A DNA stretch of 63,952 bases, counting the filler, from Thraustochytrium aureum (Eukaryota), in assembly GCA_012862495.1 (NCBI GenBank). It is 5 parts of 4 records of this genome, joined end to end, with 100 filler letters (N's around TTAATTAATTAA, not from the genome) between each part and the next. Parts side by side here need not be neighbours in the genome. Positions count along the whole stretch, not along the records: positions 55,707 to 60,950 come from BLSG01000350.1; positions 61,051 to 62,474 come from BLSG01000354.1; positions 62,575 to 63,952 come from BLSG01000358.1; 2 more parts are not named here. One strand, given 5' to 3'. Positions 56,702-63,952 of the stretch are shown piece after piece (within the stretch, counting starts at the first letter, position 1; the number at the start of each line of letters is the position of its first letter). Under the pieces are notes generated by a model. That model saw nothing but the letters and a program-made list of their open reading frames with translations, had not been told where the DNA came from and made no database searches. Position numbers and translations under genes: made by a program.

Positions 56702-59322
56702 ATGGCCGCCGTGACGCCCGAGACGAGCTCAAGTCGGAAGCTTGGGGAAACAATCCTCGACAAGGCGAAAACGAGCGTGTTTCGGACGCATCGAGGGAAA
56801 GGCGAAGACGAGGCGACGCCAGGCCTGGTTCAAGCCAGCGAAGAGAGGAGCGAGAGGCGTGGACAACTTGCAAGAATGGAATGTATTACTGGAGCCATCC
56901 ACCCGGAAAGCACATTTGCAGTTGTTTGGTCGCTGTTCACGATGCTGCTCATCATGTATGGGATGGTGATGATCCCAATGCGCATCGCTTTCAAGCTGGG
57001 CCAAGAGTCAACCTCCTTCGTATTGTGGATAGACATCATGGTTGACTTTTTGTTCATCTTTGACATGCTTGTTCAGAGCAAGCTCGCCTTCAAGTCGAAC
57101 ACGAGCGACGAGTACGAGTTTAAACTGCACAAGATTCGGTGGAAGTACTTGCGGACGTGGTTTGTCGTTGACTTGGTAAGTGCATTGAATGGTTTGCGCT
57201 CCCGCGCAGGAATCAGGGGTTCCGAGGCGCTCGGCAGCACGACTGGCATGGTGCGGCCGCTTTGCTTGGCTCGGCCCACTCGCACTGGCGCTGACGCCAC
57301 CCCCGGGAAAAAAACAACGTACCGTAGGTCTCTGCGTTCCCCTTCGACTTCATTCTCCTCCTCACCTCGGCGGGCGAGCAGCTCATCGTGACCAAGCTAT
57401 TCAAGACGTTCCGGCTCATACGAGTCGCCAAGCTCGTCAAAATCTCGCGGCTTCGCGCCATCATGACGAACATGCAGGACCAGATGCTGGCGTTTAGCAT
57501 CAACCCAGGCGTGAAGCGCATCTTGGAGACGTTTGTTCTGGTTTTCTTCCTGTCGCACTGGACCGCGTGCTTGTGGTACTTTGTATCGGCGTCTGCGCTT
57601 GACGATGGCAACACGGAAACCTGGGTGTTTGCGTACATGAGCGAGGAGAACCTGGTGGACGAGATCTGGCCATTGTACGTCGCGTCGATGTATTGGTCAG
57701 TGAGCACGTTGACGTCAGTCGGGTTTGGCGATTTTCGGCCGCAGAACAGCATCGAGAGGATCGTGGCCATGGCAGCGTGCCTGGTCGGGGCCACCGTGTT
57801 TGGGTTTGTGATCGGCCAGATGAGTTCGATGGTGGCCGACCTGAACCAGGCGTCGTTCCAGTTCCACCGTAAAATGGACTCGATCAACTCGTACCTCAAC
57901 TATCGCAAGGTCCCGAGCCGGCTGCAGCGGCGGATCCGGCGCTTTTATCGCTACTACATCAGTAGGAAGCTGCTCTTTGACGAGCGGCAGATCCTCGACG
58001 ACCTAACGCACGGGCTGCGCGTGGAGCTGAGCATGTTCCTCACCAAGGACGTGTTGAAGGGCATCCACATCTTCAAGGAGATCGAAAACCCGGCGTTCAT
58101 GGCCGCGATCGTGACGATGCTCAAGCCCTTTTCGGCGGCGCCAGGAGACTTTATCTTGCGCAAGGGCGACGTGGCCCAGGAGATGTTTCTCATCGTTCGC
58201 GGCTCTGTCGAGGTTCTCTCTGAGGGCGGCATAGTGTACTCTGTGCTAAACGCGGGGCAGCACTTTGGCGAGATCACGTACATGACGCAGGACGAAGTCG
58301 AGGAGCGGCGGGCGTCGTCGGTGCGCGCTGTGTCGCACTGCGACCTGTTTTCCTTCTCAAAGAAGGACATTGCAGAGGTGTCGAGAAACTTCCCCGAGGT
58401 GTACCGACAGATTTTGCGCGCCACTAGCCATCGCATGGCCGTGGCGCGAAACCTGAGAACGCAGAAGAAGGCGCGGAGAATGGCCACGGGCTTGCAAGAG
58501 AATCCCTTTGAGGCGATGCCTGAAAACCCGACAGGGACGTTGGTTTCGCCAGTGAGTGGCGACGGGGAGACCACGGGAATGAGGGCGGGGTCGCAAGAAT
58601 ACCGCCATGAGCCAACCTCACCTGCACCTATGTCAAGCCGAAAGTCCGGATCAGTGCCCGACTACGCTGTCTACAACGCAAAGGTCAAGTCTCGCACGAT
58701 GGCGACGCTGGACAGTCGGCGGGAGGGGAAGGCCGCTTTGACAAACTCGAAGCGGCACGGGCGGAGCCAAAAGTTGGAGAATGGCAGCACGCGGTCGTTG
58801 GGCACAATGCATCTCCACTCCAACTTTAATCTCAGTTCCCTCCCGACGGGTCGTAGTTCCGGTCCAGCGCTTGCTGGGAATAGCTCTGGCACGCCGCGAT
58901 CGCAGACCTCGCAGGGGTCGTTTTCTTTCAATCTGCCGCACGGGGGCGCTGTTGGCTCGACCTCGTCCGAGTCTATTTTTTGCGAGCGCACGACGAGAGA
59001 GCATGAGTATGAGCGTGGTGGACGTGTCGCATCTCGCTGGAGAGGTCGAGNNNNNNNNNNNNNNNNNNNNNNNNNNNNNNNNNNNNNNNNNNNNNNNNNN
59101 NNNNNNNNNNNNNNNNNNNNNNNNNNNNNNNNNNNNNNNNNNNNNNNNNNNNNNNNNNNNNNNNNNNNNNNNNNNNNNNNNNNNNNNNNNNNNNNNNNNN
59201 NNNNNNNNNNNNNNNNNNNNNNNNNNNNNNNNNNNNNNNNNNNNNNNNNNNNNNNNNNNNNNNNNNNGGAGGGAAAATCCAGCATTTACCTAAGGAACGG
59301 CGCGAAGCGGCTTGCTCCCTAG
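56702..59322 (+). CDS. Voltage-gated K+ channel with a cyclic-nucleotide-binding domain (KCNH/HCN-like); one intron; 3' end uncertain across the gap
   Basis: IHPES..W, YLRTWFVVDL|VSAFPFD, S4 FRLIRVAKLVKISRL, pore YWSVSTLTSVGFGD, C-linker, CNBD GQHFGE...RRASSVRA. Confidence 0.93.
57176..57327 (+). other. GT-AG spliceosomal intron (152 bp)
   Basis: GTAAGT donor at 57176, CTGAC branch-like site near 57291, TAG acceptor at 57325-57327; splicing restores WFVVDLVSAFPFDFI in frame. Confidence 0.88.
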
Positions 59323-59607
59323 GGCGGCGAGCGCAGGAGGGGCGAGCCCGAGCAAGGCGCCCTAGAGTACTCGAACAGACGTTTCCAGCATCTTGGCGGA
59401 TGCTGGAAACGTTTTTTTGTAATTGAAAGTGAATGGCGCGCTGGGCCGAGCCGGGCGGCATCGCTGGGCCGAGGCGGACGGCATCGCAGCGCGCAACAAG
59501 ATGTCGTCCAGCTCGGCCCAGCGCGCTACAAGATGGGGTGGGGTGCATCTGCCACTAAGAGTTGCTTGTTGCCAAAAATCGATCAGTGTCAATTTGTTGC
59601 GGCGGTT

Positions 59608-60765
59608 TCATTTTGTGACTGCCTCGAGTCGCTGCTTGCGGGCTACCTGCGCCCTATACTGGTCCAGCTCGCGGTCTTTGACGAGTCTGTGAGCATCCAC
59701 GACAGCCTCTGGGGAGAGCTGCAGGTCCTGCGCGGGCGCCGACTTGGACTCGGCCTCATCCTCGGCCAGGCCGTCGTCCGAGCTGGCGGCGCACTCGGGG
59801 CCTTCCTCTGCATTGGCAGCGCCAAAGTAGTCGGCAAGGACCGAGCGCCAAGCGTCGGCGATCTTTTGGGGCGGGGATTCTGGCGTCAAGCCGGGCGGCA
59901 TTCCGATCTTGTCCAACTTGTCGCGGCCGGGCGCGACGATGATGGGCTTGTTGGGGTCCACGTAGGCGGAGCGCTTCTTCTCCGTCCCAAAGGCAAAGTG
60001 GCTAAGGATCGCGCGCATGTAGGTGAGCGCGTTCTTGTCCTTGGGGCTCACGAACACGAGCCCGGCGCCAGCGGCGCAAGCGGCGTAGCGCAGCGCCTGC
60101 GACAGCGCCTTGCGCTTGAGCCCGTCCTCGCTCTCAAGCGCGTCGTACTTGGTCCCGAGCACGACGATGGGGACGCGCTTGCTGACAGCTCGGATGGCTT
60201 TGGTCCACTTGAGAGCGTCGTCGAACGCGTTCGAGGGGCGCGAGAGGTCCACGGCGACCACGACGCAAAAGCTCTTCTCCCTCTCGCGGGTCAGCACGAC
60301 TGGGACTAGCTCCTTGAGTTGCTCCCCGCCGCCGAGCTCCCAAATTTGGCACAGCTGACGCGCCCCTGTCGAGCTCGTCCGTCGCCCGAACGTGTACTCG
60401 AGCGCAACGGTGGGCTTTGGCTTTTCTTCTGGCCCCTTGGCAGGGTTGAGAAAGGTCGTCACCGCGGTGGTCTTGCCAGCATATTTCGCACCCACCACGA
60501 GCATAAACGTTGACTCTGCCGTCTCGGCCGCCCCGGGCGCTGCAGCGGCCCCAGCGAGCCCGGTCTTGGCGTCCTCGTCTTGGTTTCCGTCCCCCTCGGG
60601 GTCTCCGGGCCCCTCCGCCTCCTTCGCCTCCGCGGCTTTCTCGCCTCGTTTCGCGGCCTCCAGCTCTCGCTTGGCCTTGTCCCTGGCCTTCTCGATGTGC
60701 GCCCAGACATCGGGCCTCTTTGCCGTGCCGGCGTCGCTTCGCTTTCGCGCCGCGTCGGAAACCAT
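59608..60765 (-). CDS. DYNC2LI1: Cytoplasmic dynein 2 light intermediate chain (retrograde IFT)
   Basis: P-loop GAKYAGKTT, PKPTVALEYTFGRR, QIWELGGG, VDLSRPS, IVVLGTKYD, VDPNKPIIVAPGRDKLDKIG. Confidence 0.93.
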   Translation of the reverse strand: MVSDAARKRSDAGTAKRPDVWAHIEKARDKAKRELEAAKRGEKAAEAKEAEGPGDPEGDGNQDEDAKTGLAGAAAAPGAAETAESTFMLVVGAKYAGKTTAVTTFLNPAKGPEEKPKPTVALEYTFGRRTSSTGARQLCQIWELGGGEQLKELVPVVLTREREKSFCVVVAVDLSRPSNAFDDALKWTKAIRAVSKRVPIVVLGTKYDALESEDGLKRKALSQALRYAACAAGAGLVFVSPKDKNALTYMRAILSHFAFGTEKKRSAYVDPNKPIIVAPGRDKLDKIGMPPGLTPESPPQKIADAWRSVLADYFGAANAEEGPECAASSDDGLAEDEAESKSAPAQDLQLSPEAVVDAHRLVKDRELDQYRAQVARKQRLEAVTK

Positions 60766-60994
60766 CTCGCCTCGCCCGTGCGCACGCAGGGCGCAGCCAG
60801 CTGACCAGGCCACGGGATGGCCGAGCAGGCGCCAATGCCGACCTTCCTTCTTTCCTTCCTTTCGCACGGACTCGCGCACTGACTTGGCGGCGCGGCGCTC
60901 GCCACTGGCGCAGCATCTGGGCAGCTTCTGGCACGGATGCGTAACGGTAANNNNNNNNNNNNNNNNNNNNNNNNNNNNNNNNNNNNNNNNNNNN

Positions 60995-61006
60995 TTAATT
61001 AATTAA
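60995..61006. other. Artificial scaffold linker
   Basis: N44-TTAATTAATTAA-N44. Confidence 0.97.
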
Positions 61007-61701
61007 NNNNNNNNNNNNNNNNNNNNNNNNNNNNNNNNNNNNNNNNNNNNGAGTGGCCCCGAGTGGATCGGCCTATTTCGCCGAAAACCGCGAGTGATTC
61101 GCGGTGTACACCAGCTGTGGGGCCAGGTGTGGGGTGGGGAAGCAGTTTTCGCCTTTTTTCGGCGGTTTAGAAATGAGGCTCTGTGGGGCAATGCGCGGCT
61201 ACTGTGGGGAGTAGATTCTCCGAGGAGGCCCTAGGCGATTACTACGGAGGCTACCGGGTATTTACGGCGGTGAGGAGATTGGCGAGGCGCGGGCTGGTTT
61301 CACCGGGGGTTCTGCGTGGAGGCGCGATTCGCTTTGTTCTGCGTTCGTTTTCGTTTTCGATTTTTTTTGAAGTATTTTGTTCCGACGATCGGGTGATGAA
61401 TCACTGATGTTGACTGATCGCATCGCATGGATTGATCGCAGTCTGATGAGGTCATGATTCGCATGCGTGCCACGTACCACTGTTCCGATCTTGATGATGC
61501 CATGACGTGACAGACGTGAGTAGTGGATCATACGCGGGCATGAGGATGACGACAACAAGGGATTCTTCAGATCAGCCCTTGTCTGCCAGGACGGATTGGA
61601 GCCGCCAGTGGAGCGGCCGGCCGGCAGTCCCCCATTGACCGATTTGCAGCGGTCGGCTGCTCGAGCGACGCAGAGCCAAGTCGGCGCGCGGTGACTTGGA
61701 A

Positions 61702-62474
61702 ATGGACGTCTATGACGCACAGCCGTGGACCGCCGAGGCGCTCGGCCCCCTCTGGGATGACCTGTACTTGCTTGTGCCTGTCTACATGGTCTGCGTAGCA
61801 GCGCTGCGGCGGGTGGGCCCGTGGCGAGTGAGCGAGACGCAGAGCAAGTCGTACAAGTTCAACGCCGCGTTTTGGAAGCCCATCATGATCGCCTACAACG
61901 TTGCGATGACGCTGTTCTCGTTCGTGTGCTTTGCAGGCATGGCCTACGTCGTCCTCGTCAAGCAGCAGGGCGAGTTCGCGGGGCCGGACTGTCAGGCATA
62001 CGACAGGCAGCCGCTGTTCCGAAACATCGTGTACGCGTTCTTCGTGAGCAAGTTCGTCGAGTTCGCGGACACGCTGTTCCTCATCGTCAAGGGCAAGCCT
62101 GTGTCATGGCTGCACTTTTTCCACCACTGCGGCGCAGCAATCAACATGGGCCTGTTATCGCGTAGCGGCATGGAGGCGACGTGGTTGTTTGTCTTGCTGA
62201 ACGGGTTTGTGCATACGGTCATGTACACATACTACGGCTGCGCCCTGGCGGGGGTCCGCCTGCGCGGCAAGTCGCTCATCACGGTCATGCAGATCGCGCA
62301 ATTCCTCCTCGGGCTTTCCGTGTTCTGGCAGTACAAGAACGTCACCTGCTTTAGTCAGAGCACGCCGCTCATGTTCACCTTTTGGTACACTTACACGTAC
62401 GTCGGCATCGTGCTGCTCTTCTTCCTCAACTTTTTCGCGCAGAGCTACGTCATGCCGCGCAAGACAAAAGCGGA
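61702..62474 (+). CDS. ELO-family fatty acid elongase (delta-9-elongase-like); stop codon cut by the scaffold end
   Basis: SKFVEFADT, VSWLHFFHHCGA, LNGFVHTVMYTYY, ITVMQIAQF, FFLNFFAQSY, lysine-rich ER-retention-like tail. Confidence 0.92.
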
Positions 62475-62518
62475 NNNNNNNNNNNNNNNNNNNNNNNNNN
62501 NNNNNNNNNNNNNNNNNN

Positions 62519-62530
62519 TTAATTAATTAA
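62519..62530. other. Artificial scaffold linker
   Basis: N44-TTAATTAATTAA-N44. Confidence 0.97.
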
Positions 62531-63088
62531 NNNNNNNNNNNNNNNNNNNNNNNNNNNNNNNNNNNNNNNNNNNNGATGTTGAAAGCGTCAGCGCCGAAAG
62601 AACCTTCTCACTCCTCTGCAAAAGTCTGCGTGAGCTTGCCTCGAGGTGTGGCCTTTGCGGCCTTGCGCCGTTCTCTGATGCAGAGAGACCCGACCACGAT
62701 TCCTTTGCAGACACGGAAGCAATGCATGTTGTTAAATGGATACCCTGTTGCGGACATGCTTTGACGCGATTGCTCGATTGCAACCAGCGATTGTCTGCAC
62801 CGTGTCGAAACTTACTTGCTCCGTCTGCGGTGTTGCTAGCCCAGCGCTTTACTGTCGGCGCGGATGCTTTCGTTGAAGTCCGGTCCGGGTGCCACCTCTG
62901 CCGCGTTTTCGTTTCTTTGAACAGTGCTCAGTCGCCTGCACCGCCAACGCCATGCTGCGCTTGGTGTTGCGCTTGGTGTTGCGATTGTCCTAGTCAGACG
63001 TTCGGGGACTGCGACATGTGGTCTCCGGGGTCCTCCTCGCTGTTGAGGCTCTGCTTGACGCCTACTGAAACTCTAGAATAAGAGTTCA

Positions 63089-63480
63089 ATGAATGAAGGA
63101 GATCACCAGCAGTTTTTGATCAAGAATGAGAGCGCTAATTTTCTGAACCATTGCGGTGTTGGGAATCAAGGCAATCAACCATCAACTACATCGCTCTTAA
63201 CGCCGGCTTTGCAGTATTCCTATCACCGTTCACGAAGCTCATGCTTCGCCCCACCCGTGAAGAAATGCGCTTGAATCGCGGAAAAAAACATGGCACTGCC
63301 ACACCGGCTCTACGCCCGAAGGCCATCTTGTTGTGGCGATTCGTCTCGGTCGCTAGCGCGGCGGCCGGAATTGCCCTGATTGCTACGAATGCCAAGAATT
63401 CAGCCCACATTGCCTATGGCGGCGCTCTGCTCGGTTTCAGCATCGCTGCGTTCGTGTACACGCTCAAGAGACCACATTGA
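63089..63480 (+). CDS. Small hypothetical membrane protein; possible frameshift near 63140-63150
   Basis: ATG at 63089; ORF 63151..63480 has 2-3 hydrophobic helices. Confidence 0.4.
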
Positions 63481-63738
63481 AAGAATAACAAATGATTCGT
63501 GATGCTTCACGAACGAGGAAAGCCACGAATGTTTACATTTGCATCGAGCTGCATGCGGCTGGGTTGGAACGAACACAGTGAACTAAACGAACATTTTGCA
63601 CTTAAAACTCATGTTCGCTAAGGTGGTTTTTTGAAACGAAATGCTCCAGAAGGAATCGACGCGCCAAAAAGCAGCACGTGCAACATTTGCAGCAAAGCGG
63701 CGTGCGCCGCCCTTTGGCTTGCTCGCCCAAGCCCAGCC

Positions 63739-63952
63739 ATGTTCAAACCCGGATCGTTCTTCAAGAGCAAGTATGGCTTGGCCAGCAGCACCCTGCGGCT
63801 CTGGGCAGAGCAGCGACAGGACCTCCGCGTCGTCCGAACGCCCGGCGGGAAGCGCATGTACCACGCCGGCGACATGGACCGCATTCTCGGCTGCGACGGC
63901 GCCACGGCCACCGCAGGGGCCCGCGACGTCATTTACGCCCGCGTCAGCTCCG
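63739..63952 (+). mobile_element. tnpA: IS607-family transposase TnpA (MerR-like HTH plus serine recombinase), 5' part only, truncated by the window end
   Basis: My translation from ATG 63739: MFKPGSFFKSKYGLASSTLRLWAEQRQDLRVVRTPGGKRMYHAGDMDRILGCDGATATAGARDVIYARVSS; TLRxW...RTPGGxRxY HTH precedes the catalytic YARVS. Confidence 0.9.

Noticed and set aside
63583..63932. Minus-strand ORFs 63583..63864 and 63618..63932 from the track
   Set aside because: They have no motifs and are antisense to the plus-strand IS607 TnpA frame, which has clear signatures.
61702..63952. Elongase as cargo or neighbour of the IS607 element
   Set aside because: The two are separated by an artificial linker, so adjacency is not established.

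Overview
This is GC-rich, intron-poor eukaryotic DNA from a gappy draft assembly. The gene content (AP2 factor, class C GPCR, cytoplasmic dynein-2 light intermediate chain, delta-9-type PUFA elongase, LCCL protein) suggests a flagellated protist, plausibly a thraustochytrid/labyrinthulomycete; this is inference. Four artificial N44-TTAATTAATTAA-N44 linkers split the window into five scaffolds that need not be adjacent: 1-26551, 26652-55606, 55707-60950, 61051-62474 and 62575-63952. Many genes carry single-base frameshifts, several at short homopolymers, that look like sequencing errors. Recognisable genes include NRS/ER, the primase large subunit, an NBR1-like autophagy receptor, a VTC/DUF202 protein, an OPR/HPR-like repeat protein, Sec3, two identical tRNA-Gly(GCC), eIF5A, a KCNH-like channel, DYNC2LI1 and an elongase. 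The most notable signal is missing from the ORF track: the last 214 bp encode the N-terminus of an IS607-family serine-recombinase transposase (MerR-like HTH followed by YARVSS). This prokaryote-type element usually carries a TnpB/Fanzor2 RNA-guided nuclease in eukaryotes and giant viruses; any such nuclease would lie beyond the window. Other leads are a WDCP-like protein, an unrecognised 8-Cys secreted family, tRNA-Gly genes with an atypical acceptor stem, a pseudokinase-like ORF and a bacterial-type membrane protein.
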